A stretch of DNA of 40,053 nt from Batkoa obscura (lineage: Eukaryota): positions 1-40,053 of the forward strand of contig JASVEC010000153.1 of NCBI GenBank assembly GCA_030770535.1, read 5' to 3'. Positions within the stretch are counted from its first letter, which is position 1, and the number at the start of each line of letters is the position of its first letter. The notes under the pieces are model-generated. The model saw only the letters and a program-made list of their open reading frames with translations. It searched no databases and was not told the DNA's origin. Position numbers and translations under genes: made by a program. Positions 24,382 to 35,343 of this stretch are shown in pieces.

Positions 24382-24611
24382 ATTTGACAGATAGCTTTAA
24401 AATATTTAAAAAAGGATAAATTTGCTTAAACTTTGAGCAATTATAACTCTGTTCATATTGATGCTATAAATTCGATACTAGCAGCATCGTTTAATAGCTC
24501 TCAACATAAGCTACATTTTAAGAAAAAAGCATCTAATTTTATTAGGTTTTAATAAAAACAGGCTATTTTTTCTAAATCGGACTTTTTTCTAAACAAAAAG
24601 AGTATAATAAT

Positions 24612-24710
24612 GGGGATGTATTTTTATATTTAAGAGTTTTACTAACAATTTCCCACTCATATAGCACTTAAAAGATGAAAAAAGTAATGAAGCAAAAAGA
24701 AAAACATCAC
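24612..24710 (+). mobile_element. MITE copy
   Basis: TAAT-GGGGATGT..ACATCAC-TATT; consensus body. Confidence 0.85.
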
Positions 24711-25692
24711 TATTTATTGATTAACTAAAATCTAAATCTTGTATGATAGTGTCAATAACATCAATATAAGCTATTGATCATTTTTAGCTATCTAAACCGA
24801 TCGATTCAATTATCTACCATCCTTTGCCTATTCTTACAATCATTAAAATTGGTCAAAATTTTGCTATAAAAGTAAAAACTATAATAAGTCAGATTGAGAA
24901 GATTAGAGTATCAGTAAACGGACGCTATTATAAGTGTCTCATAGTCCATTAGGCGCTTGGGGATAAAATGCGCTTCTTGAATGTGATCCGTGAGCAAGGG
25001 CTAGGTGAGACCATATTGTTTGAAAGGGTGATACGAAAGTATACTTTTGTAAAAATTCAAAAAGTAGAATCATTTGAGAATTAAATTGTTTGAAAAGTTA
25101 CTATGCTAAATTAGTTTTTGATTTGTAAAAAAGCTCACTAATTTTAATCTTTTAGTATTATAGCTAAGTTAAATCGATTTGAACCTATCTTATTTTGTAT
25201 GTTGATGGTAGCATTATATGTCGCATAGCAATTGCTAATTAATTTTTAGTTCAAGTGCATCTAAGATATATCAAATAACTGGTTATTTTATCTTTTGAAT
25301 CTTTTATGTATTAACTCTAGTTCAATAGTATAATGATATGCAGCTAGGGCAGTATTTTTCAACTCAATAAAAAGGAGTAACAACATAAAATTGATACTAT
25401 AAAATGGTATGATAATCCCATTGTTTAAAAAGTCACCAAGCATAGGGCTTTTTGATTGAGCTATTACTTTGTAATATTAAATTTAAATAATTTAATAAAT
25501 GAAAAGAGAATAGTAAGGTAGAATTTAAGAATATGTTCTATTTAAATAAAAAAATTCACTTATTTAATGATCGAAATCTTTGCTCAAAACCCTTACCCCA
25601 AAAATTCAACTCAAGCCAATAGAATATAAGATTCTAAAAAATAAAAATCAACTTCAATTTTTTCTTTTTTAAAATATATTTTTAAAAATCAA

Positions 25693-27438
25693 ATGTCAAT
25701 CACTATTGTTAAACAAACTCAAATGAAAATTAAAGTAACTAAACCTTACCCCAAACCCAATACCAAAGATTCTACCACCAATACTAATACTTCTACAAAA
25801 CAATCAGAGTCGATCCCTAATGATTTTAATGTAGAATCAAATACCGATAACGTACCCACTACTAGCATTAGTGATGAGGATGATCGAAAGCTTCGAGATA
25901 TCGAGATTGTGAAGTTAATCGCTGTTGCCACAGATATAAATTCTACTCCAATACAATATATGAACACAGAGCACAAACTCATTAAATATTACCTTGAAGA
26001 TAACTTTCCAATCAATGGTGATACTGTTTCAGCTACAAAGAACCTTGATAAATATATTGAATGGGCTATCAATCCTAGTAAAAGTTCAAGCTCAATTTAT
26101 TCATTAGTTGACAAAGTTTACAATAAAAGTTTGGGATCTATTAAAAAAGAAAATGCATTTGTTATTCCAAAGAAACTTGATTCAATTGAAGTTATAGAAG
26201 GCTTACCAGCCAAATATCATACTATGTTTCCATTTAATATAACGGAGGATGATTTAAAAGATAATACTAAAGATATAGAGACTGTTGGAGATCAAGATGA
26301 TGACGATCTAAACATTAAAACTCAATATGAGATTCCTTCAACTGGTATATCGTTTATAAATAAATCGCTTGCCCATAATTATGATATTGAAAAAGACGAA
26401 TTTACAGCAGACGAAAGTGAGTTGATGGAAGATAGCGAATTTGAGCTTGAAAACAATGATGTTTCTGCTCATTTTGAAAATGTCCAAGAAGAAACTCCAC
26501 AGGAGCTAACTGAAATAGTTATTAGTGAAACAGTGCCGCCTACTCAAGTTCAAGCTGGCGATGTTAATGGATTGTCAGGAGACAAAGTAAATGAAAAAGA
26601 AAATCAACCTACCGATCAAACCAATGATGAAGTAAATGATGCACAAGCACCGTCATATGGTTATGATTATACTGGTCCATATCCTCCTCCTTCCAATAAC
26701 TACGGATATACTGGTCCATATCCTCCTCCTCCAACTAACTATGGCTATAGTGGCCCATATCCTCCCCCTTCTCCACATACCTATGGATATAGTGTGCCTC
26801 CACCTCCACAACAATTTGGATATAATGCTCCATTACCCCCTTATACTTATCCATATTATGCTCCTCCACCAAGCGAGTATAATAATTATCCCCATCCTGG
26901 GTATGCAGCAGATCCAAATAGTTATCAACCAGTTTATTATAATGGTTACCCTTCCCACCATGGCCATGGTTATACCATCCCACAGCCAACATCTGCTAAA
27001 ATAGAGATTAGACATCCATCTACAAGAAACAAAAAATCAACTTCACCTAAAGATGATAGTAGCTCTAACGATAAGGAAGTTAAAGAGACCAAAGGTTCAG
27101 AATGGACAAATTCAGAATGTGAGACTAATAAAGCAAACTCAAAGGTCAATGAGAGTAATGGTACTGGTACTAATAATGAGATACCACAAACAACCAATAA
27201 GAGAAGTCAATCTAATAATAATTATAAGCCTAAAGTGGAAGCTTATGATCCCAATGTAGAGCGTGGATACCCCCAATCTTATTCTAATAGCCCTAATGGA
27301 CAAACTTGGAACGGAGGGCAAAACAATGGGTATAGTAACTATAATGGGAATAATTATCGAAATAATTATAAAGGTGGCTACAAAAAAAATTATAGGAAAA
27401 ATCCAAATACGCCTAATGGAATAGAAGATGGTAATTAA
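25693..27438 (+). CDS. Hypothetical low-complexity protein (acidic middle, Pro/Tyr/Gly repeats, Asn/Tyr/Gly tail)
   Basis: 581-aa single ORF with YGYTGPYPPP-type repeats; no signal peptide seen. Confidence 0.82.
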   Translation: MSITIVKQTQMKIKVTKPYPKPNTKDSTTNTNTSTKQSESIPNDFNVESNTDNVPTTSISDEDDRKLRDIEIVKLIAVATDINSTPIQYMNTEHKLIKYYLEDNFPINGDTVSATKNLDKYIEWAINPSKSSSSIYSLVDKVYNKSLGSIKKENAFVIPKKLDSIEVIEGLPAKYHTMFPFNITEDDLKDNTKDIETVGDQDDDDLNIKTQYEIPSTGISFINKSLAHNYDIEKDEFTADESELMEDSEFELENNDVSAHFENVQEETPQELTEIVISETVPPTQVQAGDVNGLSGDKVNEKENQPTDQTNDEVNDAQAPSYGYDYTGPYPPPSNNYGYTGPYPPPPTNYGYSGPYPPPSPHTYGYSVPPPPQQFGYNAPLPPYTYPYYAPPPSEYNNYPHPGYAADPNSYQPVYYNGYPSHHGHGYTIPQPTSAKIEIRHPSTRNKKSTSPKDDSSSNDKEVKETKGSEWTNSECETNKANSKVNESNGTGTNNEIPQTTNKRSQSNNNYKPKVEAYDPNVERGYPQSYSNSPNGQTWNGGQNNGYSNYNGNNYRNNYKGGYKKNYRKNPNTPNGIEDGN

Positions 27439-27646
27439 TAGCTTATAGATATGTTTGCTGGATTGTATTATTATTTTCATTGCTAATGTTAATAAAGTTA
27501 ATTTATTTTTTTTATTTTTAGTTGAAATTTTGATTGATTTTAAAAATATTAAAGCACTACTGTTTTAATATATTTTGAGTGATATAATCAATTACAGAAA
27601 AATAGGAGGTATTTGATCTTTCCTCAATCGAAAGAATTTGAAATAT

Positions 27647-27746
27647 GGGGGATGTATTTTCGTGTTTAAGAATTTTACTAATAATTTTTCCACTCAAATA
27701 GTGCTTATAAGATAGAAAAAATAATGAAGCCAAAAAAAACATCCCC
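27647..27746 (+). mobile_element. MITE copy, TSD ATAT
   Basis: ATAT-GGGGGATGT..ACATCCCC-ATAT. Confidence 0.92.
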
Positions 27747-28935
27747 ATATGTAAAAATAGCAATGATAAATTAAAAGTTTCAAATTTCCCTTAATTTTAA
27801 ATTCTACTTAAGATGTAAATTAAGAAAAAAAGTATCTGTCTCAATTCAGAGGTCAAATATCTCTACTTTTCCATAGTTAATTGTAGTATATTTTCATATT
27901 ATTTAATTAAATGAAAGAAGTCAAAGAAAGCATAGACAATGTAAGTATAAGAAGGGGTGAAATTAAAGGAAGCCAAGTAAACACTGGAATCTTATGTTTG
28001 AAACGATAGCCTTCAAAACTCAAAGTTGTTCTGGTTTATTGTAACTCACCTAAGTAATAAAGGATATCACCAGAGTCTGAGTTAAAGAGATAAGTTATAG
28101 TAAATTAAATAGCTAAATCTATAATCAACTAGATATGAAATTAAAAATAACATCTTTGCATTTTAAAAGCGTTTCTACTAAACTAATAATAATTCATGAG
28201 TTTCACTTATATTCTAAAAAGATCAATTAAACTTGGGCATTAATTTGCTTTATTTGATTAGCTATATTAAAACCTATCTATTAAGTATAAATTGTTTGAA
28301 AGGCTTAATATATAAATTATTTTTATAATAATCATTTTATCCAATATTAGTCATTATTTTTCAAAATAATTGCTGATTTTAAAAATTACATAAACGATTT
28401 ATATGCTATTATTATTTAATCCTTTATTACTTTTTAATTGTTCTTTTGAGTCTATTATTTGATCAAAAATATTTCACTTTTGGTTTGGCATTGTCATCTT
28501 TATCTTTTATCTAAACCTGACAAAATGTATCCTTAGACTCCTTTCCTACCCTTTTCTGTAAGACCCTTAACTTTAATAGCGTCCTTCAGACTATGAATCA
28601 AACATGGAGTTTTCATATTTTAGATTATAAACGGTATTCTATGTTTTTTAAATATTTTATTAAACAGCCCTTTCTAATAAAAGGCAATTCTAAAACCTTT
28701 GTGCTACTAATGACAATGATTAAGTAGATCTAAAGTTACTGTCAAATCCCTATTTCAGCTCTAGCTCATATCTATAAAGACTCATTAGATCCTGTGTAAT
28801 GAATTTTAGTTTCTATGGTCTGTTCACTATTTTTTATCACCTTTATCACTAAACTCATCGCTAACCTTTTGTTCTGATGTGTTCGTAAAAAACCAAAGTG
28901 TAATAGAACTGGAATTATAATTATTATAAGCATTT

Positions 28936-29034
28936 GGGGATTTTTTTTTTGGCTTCATTACTTTTTCTACCTTTTAAGCACTATTTGAGCGGAAAAATTG
29001 TTAGTAAAGTTCTTAAATACAAAAATACAGCCCC
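28936..29034 (-). mobile_element. MITE copy, TSD ATTT
   Basis: ATTT-GGGGAT..ACAGCCCC-ATTT. Confidence 0.9.
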
Positions 29035-29139
29035 ATTTGTTATTTTTTTGGACTGTTTCCAATAATTACAAATTTAATCAAGGTAAATTTGAAATTCAAA
29101 AACATAAATAATTTATTTATAAAACTAAAACGAACAGAC

Positions 29140-30474
29140 TTAATAACCATCGTGACTGCCATATCCTTTGCTCTGTCCTTTACTGTAGCCATAGCTTCCA
29201 TAATTAGACCCATAACCATACCCTTTGTTTCTTGAGCCATAATCATAGTCTCTATTTCTTGAACCATAGCCATAGCCATAGCCTCTGTTTCTTGAGCCGT
29301 AACCATAACCTCTGTTTCTTGAGCCGTAACCATAACCTCTATTTCTTGAGCCATAGCCATAACCTCTATTCCTTGAGCCATAGCCATAACCTCTGTTTCT
29401 TGAGCCATAGCCATAGCTTCCGTAACCATCGTTACCATATCCGTAACCATAGCCGCTATAGCCCCTGTTACCATAACCATAACCGTAGTAATTAAAGCCA
29501 TTAGTACTACTATCTGATCCTGAAGAACCAGATTCATCAGGGCTTCCATTAGAACTTGGAGAACCTAAAATAGCATCGCTTCCTAAGTTACCAGGCATTT
29601 GATTTGGATTTGGACTATCAGAAGCACTTGAAGCGTCAGTATCTCCTAAATTGTTTGGAATTTGATTTGAGTCTGAACTACCAGATACGCCTGAAGCTCC
29701 AGTGTCTGATAAGTTGCCAGACATTTGACTTGAATCTGGATTTCCAGAAGCCCCTGAAGCATCAGTACCTCCTAAATTGCTTGGGATTTGGTTTGAGTCT
29801 GGATTACTAGATACACCTATGTTTCCTAAGTTGCCAGGCATTTGGTTCAGATCTGGGTTATCAGAGGCTCCTGAAGCACCAATGCCTCCTAAATTGCTTG
29901 GGATTTGATTTGGGTCTGGGTTCCCTGAAGTCCCTGAAGTATCAGTGCTTCCTAAGTTGCTTGGAATTTGATTTGAGTCTGAACTACCAGATACGCCTGA
30001 AGCTCCAGTGTCTGATAAGTTGCCAGACGTTTGATTTGAATCTGGATTTCCAGAAGCCCCTGAAGCATTAGTACCTCCTAAATTGCTTGGGATTTGATTT
30101 AGATCTGGGCTACCAGATACACTTGCACCTCCTAAGTTACCAGGTATTTGGTTTGGGTCTGGAATGCTAGATGCTCCGGCGTCTCCTAAATTATTTGGAA
30201 TTTGACTTGAGCCTGAGACACTTGATTGTCCAGCACCTTCAGAGTTGCTCGGAACTTGATTGGGATCTGGGACTCCAAGAGACCCGTCGCCCTGAAAGCT
30301 AGTAGAGTTAACAGTTGGATAATTGTAACCGTTTCCGTAGCTACTTTGATATGTGGCTTGACTTCCAGTAGGTTGAGGATTTGAAATCGTTCCTTGATTA
30401 GAATTGCCTTCTGGTAAATTTAAAGCTGAGATGATAGCTAAGAAAGGAAGAAGTTCAATAATCATATTTCTCAT
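29140..30474 (-). CDS. Secreted repetitive Gly/Ser/Asn protein with Gly-Tyr-Arg C-terminal repeats (putative wall/adhesive structural protein)
   Basis: Signal-peptide-like MRNMIIELLPFLAIISALN; repeated (P/S)NQIPSNLG units; tandem GYGYGSRNR units (27-nt repeats ~29200-29415). Confidence 0.85.
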   Translation of the reverse strand: MRNMIIELLPFLAIISALNLPEGNSNQGTISNPQPTGSQATYQSSYGNGYNYPTVNSTSFQGDGSLGVPDPNQVPSNSEGAGQSSVSGSSQIPNNLGDAGASSIPDPNQIPGNLGGASVSGSPDLNQIPSNLGGTNASGASGNPDSNQTSGNLSDTGASGVSGSSDSNQIPSNLGSTDTSGTSGNPDPNQIPSNLGGIGASGASDNPDLNQMPGNLGNIGVSSNPDSNQIPSNLGGTDASGASGNPDSSQMSGNLSDTGASGVSGSSDSNQIPNNLGDTDASSASDSPNPNQMPGNLGSDAILGSPSSNGSPDESGSSGSDSSTNGFNYYGYGYGNRGYSGYGYGYGNDGYGSYGYGSRNRGYGYGSRNRGYGYGSRNRGYGYGSRNRGYGYGSRNRGYGYGYGSRNRDYDYGSRNKGYGYGSNYGSYGYSKGQSKGYGSHDGY

Positions 30475-31013
30475 TTTTAATGTTTGTGAGCTGAATAAAG
30501 AGTCTCAAGAATGCCTTAATTTAATAAAATACAATAAATAAATCCGATTTATACAATGGATAGTGAGTTAATTTAATAATTATAACTTTATTCTTTTTGT
30601 TCTTTATATACTGTTATTTTACTACTCATAAAGTAGATTTTATGTTACATTGCATTTTGCACAATTCATCTTTGCAAGCCACTTTCATTCACAGAGTTAT
30701 TGAATTTACTGTAAGGACTTTCCTATTAGGTAAATTTTCTTAGGCTATCTTAACTAGAGTCCAATTTCCGGTTGACTTACATTGATATTAAAAGCCCTTT
30801 GCTATTTTTAAATTTCTATTATGCATCATTTAAAACGCCAAGGTTATCTTTATGCATTATTTGGGTTTAATAAAATATGAAGTTAGTTAAACTATTTTGA
30901 AAGTGAATCGTTTTACAGGTTTTAAGTCTTTACTAACTAATTAACTACTTGTTTAAGAAAAATCTTGTAATAAAATTTGGCAAAACATATAAACAGATTA
31001 AAATCGGCCATAT

Positions 31014-31107
31014 GATAATATTTTTTTGCTCTATCACTTTTTCCATTTTTTTAAACACTATTTGAGTGAAAAGGTTAATAATAAAATTCTTAAAAAAACA
31101 TATCCCC
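31014..31107 (-). mobile_element. MITE copy, TSD ATAT
   Basis: ATAT-GATAATA..ATATCCCC-ATAT; diverged body. Confidence 0.8.
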
Positions 31108-31513
31108 ATATACAACTTCTAAAAATTACCAGTAAATAAATCGCAAAAAAGCTACAACAGTTATAAAGCCTTGGTTTGCAGCTGTTTAACTCAAATACTA
31201 TTCTTTTGTTAGAATGAAACTTTGTTAGCTTTATAAGCATGAAAAAGTTAAGGGATTAAAAATTTATGTACTCTTAAAACTTTACTACAAAGCTTAGTTT
31301 ACCTTGAGTTTTAAAGATTAGCAATGTATTTCAACTAAAATATCATTTAGTATAATGATCATAGAAAACAGCTAATAAACTATTAAATAAATATAGTTTT
31401 TATTATTTCTTATTTCTTATAAAGAAGTGAAGGGTAAAAAATAGCTGGTTTAAAATTTTAAGAGGGTATCAAATACAAAATAATTAACTACTATTCTTTA
31501 TAATCATTGAGAT

Positions 31514-32141
31514 TTATAATATTATTCTTCCAGGTGTTAATACACATTGATTATAACAAGAATTAAAGTCATTAAATATCGAATCGGTACAGTTATCAAC
31601 TTCATAATCAACACATTCTTCACCATCAAAAAAGTAGCGTATCCCGTATAACTCTTCTGGTGAACAATCTTGATATTCATATGGTAATTTATTACACAAA
31701 TCATTCTTTAAGTCAAATATTTTAAGACCATTTATCTTCCCCTCCTTTTTATCGGCTGTATCGATCACACTTTTAGGGTCTAAACAAAATCATTAGATGA
31801 ACAAAAAAGATCAACTCATTTTTTTAACTTACTTTTTTCTGGTTTTGTCGAATCCTTATTTCCTTTATTATCTTCTTTTACCTTGTTTTTAGAGGAACTG
31901 GACATATCACTTTCGATAGCACTACTGTTATTGCTTGTTGCATATGTTGGGTTTTTTGCGGTGGCTTGAGCTAAGTTAGAATTTATAATGGTATCGTTTA
32001 CGACAGAAGGGATTTTAGGCGCTTATTATTTAAAAAGGTTATTAGAACATGTCAAACATCAATGTACAACAACTACTTACCATTAATTTTTGAAGCCGAA
32101 TAAACTTGTAATAGCAAGGTTGAAAATATTAATATTCTCAT
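31514..32141 (-). CDS. Secreted protein with C-terminal Kunitz/BPTI-like domain, 3 exons
   Basis: Exons 32141-32081, 32021-31833, 31779-31514 in frame; signal MRILIFSTLLLQVYSA; C-x9-C-x16-C-x7-C-x10-C-x3-C with RYFFD and F-x5-C-x3-C. Confidence 0.75.
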
Positions 32142-33011
32142 TTTGTATATAGGATCCTAAAAGTTATTGTCCAGCAATTATATAATAAAGTAAATGATAA
32201 AGAAAACAACTATTAGTTTTCTACTTTTGGTGATCATTTGAATTTATTAGCATCTTTATTTTTCGTTGATCAATAAAAAATCTTTATTTAAATTATTTCT
32301 TTTTACTATTTTAGTAAATTGAGCTCTTTTTGATTTGACCATTATCTCCCATAACTCTATTGTGACTTAGCTAACTGTTCATTTAAGAGTAAAATTTTGC
32401 TAAAACAAACTAAAACATAATGATTAGCCAAAAAAAAACTAAAAAAACGAATAAATGGCCCCCAAAAGCTATAGCAAGTAAAATCACAATAGAACTGCAA
32501 CAATTTTATTTTATTGCCAGATTATCAAATTGGAATTTTGGAAGTCTAATTCGATCCTAAATTTAAATTAACTTCAAACTCAATATGCTTTTTGCCCACC
32601 AATACTCTCACTTCATCAAAGTATTGCAGCGTTAATAACTCAGCGTTGTTTAGATTTTGATTTCAAAAATGTTTAAGGGTGCCATGTAATAGATTATTAT
32701 TTCAAGTTAATCTTCACACATTATTACCAACATTGTGGTATTAAAAATCTTGTTAATGTACCTATTTTTTTCTAATACCTTGTCAAACTTAACACACTTG
32801 CCCACAAGGATTCTGCGTCTTTTGAAAAAAGTGATTTTTAACTTTTGCTATAGGATAATTTCTAAAGTAATCTAAGATTTTGATTGAAAAATTAGCTTAC
32901 CATTAAACATTCTACTTTTCTTCATGTTAGTTATTTTCACAGCTACTGTCTATTATTCCATTACTTATTTGTTATCTGTCAGTAAATACCTACTATTTAT
33001 CAAAATCATGT

Positions 33012-33119
33012 GTGGATGTCTCTTTTTATTTAAGAAATTTATTAACAACTTTTTCGCTCAAATAGTACTTGAAGAATGGAGAAAGCTGTTAGCGAACTTC
33101 TTTAAAAAGAGATATCCTC
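33012..33119 (+). mobile_element. MITE copy, TSD ATGT
   Basis: ATGT-GTGGATGT..ATATCCTC-ATGT. Confidence 0.8.
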
Positions 33120-33301
33120 ATGTATTCAATATTTGAACTTACATTAATCTCAGGTACCGTAATATTAAAACTAAAAATATATCTAATTTAAATTTTTCAT
33201 CACATTGATAAAATATCTTTCATGTTTTGTAAAACAACATAAGTTTCTATTTGAATATTTAACGCAATATATTTCAATATGTATATTTTATTTGATTACA
33301 T

Positions 33302-33396
33302 AGGGGCATTTTTTTGACTTCACTTTTTCTATCTTTTAAGCGCTATTTGAGCAGAATAACCACTGATAAGATTTTTCAACAAAAAAATACATCTCC
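33302..33396 (-). mobile_element. MITE copy, TSD ACAT
   Basis: ACAT-AGGGG..ACATCTCC-ACAT. Confidence 0.8.
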
Positions 33397-34198
33397 ACAT
33401 ACTATCAATAACTTGTACATTATGGATATACTTTTATTTCAATTTACTGATTTTAGTTTTAAAAAAATAATTATAAATCAAGATTTTACCATTATTTTTT
33501 AACTTCTATTATACTATTCCATATATTGTACAAATGTATTAAATACTATGTATTAAGCAATAAATGCCCTTTGGAATGATGTTATTAGAATTTCTAACAT
33601 TAACATATTGTATATCAAAAAGACCTTAACTATATTTTACATTGTAAAATTTCACTTTGCCTAATATTAATATTTTAATAAACTTACTGTTACTAAAAAA
33701 GTTAATAAGTGTCATTGGTTTTTGACTATAAACAAGTTATTTACAAGTGAAAATTATTTACTGTCAGCCTTATACTTCCTACTATCATAACTTGCCCAAA
33801 AAATGAAGGAATTTATGAAAACACTTAATAGTTTTTGATAGTTTGTAGCGCACACTTTAAACCTATTTAGCTATGCTTTCGCCATAATTAATTGTTATTT
33901 TCATGTGCTAAGTATTATAGCAGTTCGCTGCTTTGTAAAGAGAATAATTTAATTGTAAACTAATAGTTAAGTGTAATTTGGTTATCTGATTTAAACTAAC
34001 TTTAGAAAATTGAACATGGTTGTATTTTTAACTAAGAAACAAAAATGGTAGTGGTTGATTTAAAAAATCTAAAAATGACAAAGCTCGAAAATCAAGGAAC
34101 AAAAAAAGGAAGAATAAGATTCAAGTCACAGGTACTGAATAAAAGGTATGAATTAATTGAAATAGAATTTTTTTTTGTATCAATCTAATTACTAAAAA

Positions 34199-34795
34199 AT
34201 GAAGTTTACTCCAATTTTAAGCTTAGCTTTATTGTTTAATGGCATCACTGCTGAGGACAACGCAGCCTCAAAAGTATTAACTAAGGATAATAAAGACTTA
34301 GTGAAGAAAGGTTTATGGTACCAATAATTATTTAGCTTTATTAATTTTATTAACTATTAAACATATAGGTTTGTTAAATTATACACTCCAAGTTGCAAAT
34401 ACAGTAGACGCTTAGGTAAAAACAAAGGGTTCAATATATCAATATATCTAAATATCTAAATATCTAACTTCTTTATAGCCCCCCACTGGACAAACATCAC
34501 TGAAAGCTTAAGAGCTTGGAGTAATGACGCCAAATTTAATTTTGCTGAAGTAGACTGCAAGGAGAACAGTAGTCTTTGTTCTGACTTAAAAGTCGATGGG
34601 TTTCCTACCCTTAATTTGTAATTTTTTGCAATTCTTTTTTAGTGAGATATTAATTGAATTTTGAAAATTAGGTTCAAAGATGGTGAATATCAAGGCGAAT
34701 GTTTAACCCGTGAAGGTGCCGATGAGTTGCTTATTTGTGTTAAGGACTATGTTGACAAATACCAATTAAAAGCTCCTGAAAAATTACAAGTTTAA
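34199..34795 (+). CDS. Secreted/ER single-thioredoxin-domain protein with CxxS motif, 4 exons
   Basis: Exons 34199-34317, 34369-34415, 34479-34617, 34672-34795: signal peptide, WFVKLYTPSCKYSRRLAPHW..FAEVDCKENSSLCSDLKVDGFPTLNLFKDG. Confidence 0.85.
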
Positions 34796-34843
34796 TAATA
34801 AATGGAATTAACATGAACCTACTTTTGTTACTATTATATATAT

Positions 34844-34941
34844 GGGGATGTATTTTTGTGTTTAAGAATTTTACTAACAATTTTTCTGCTCAAATAGCGC
34901 TTAAAAAATGGAGAAAACAATGAAGCCAAAAAAACACCCTC
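34844..34941 (+). mobile_element. MITE copy, TSD ATAT
   Basis: ATAT-GGGGATGT..ACACCCTC-ATAT. Confidence 0.92.
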
Positions 34942-35343
34942 ATATCTTTATTGAACATGTGTTTTATATTTTAATAGTAAGCTAAATAGACTTTTAAGCT
35001 AATAATAAAAATATCCTTTTAACCTTTTCTGTTTCGTTTTTATCCCATCTTTATTTAATTACACTCTATAATTCAAATATAATACTTTTAAAATGTAATA
35101 AATTTTATTTTAAACTTTTTTATATTATATTATATTACTAATTACGCAGCTTATAAACCTGAACCATAAATCTTTACTATAATGCTAATAAAATGGAAAA
35201 TTAGAAGTTTAATAGGAGTATAAAAAGTTGGAGGCTCAAATCCAAAACACGAATAAAATCAAGCCAAGCAAAAAACAATAATAAGTGAGAAATTAAAAAA
35301 TATTATCACCATCTTTTTTATACATTAACTATAAATATCAAAG

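Noticed and set aside
19164..24710. CRISPR-like reading of the recurring ~100-bp unit
   Set aside because: Eukaryotic context, irregular spacing, both orientations, TIRs and TSDs, no cas genes.
24896..24906. GAGAAGATTAG matches part of U6 snRNA
   Set aside because: No ACAGAGA box or downstream U6 ISL; short chance match.
22415..27480. Overlapping or antisense ORFs inside the 417-aa and 581-aa genes
   Set aside because: Typical shadow frames with no independent motifs.
29040..29810. Alternative-frame and antisense repetitive ORFs (MAMAQETE, SHNLCFL)
   Set aside because: Shadows of the 27-nt repeats of the 444-aa gene.
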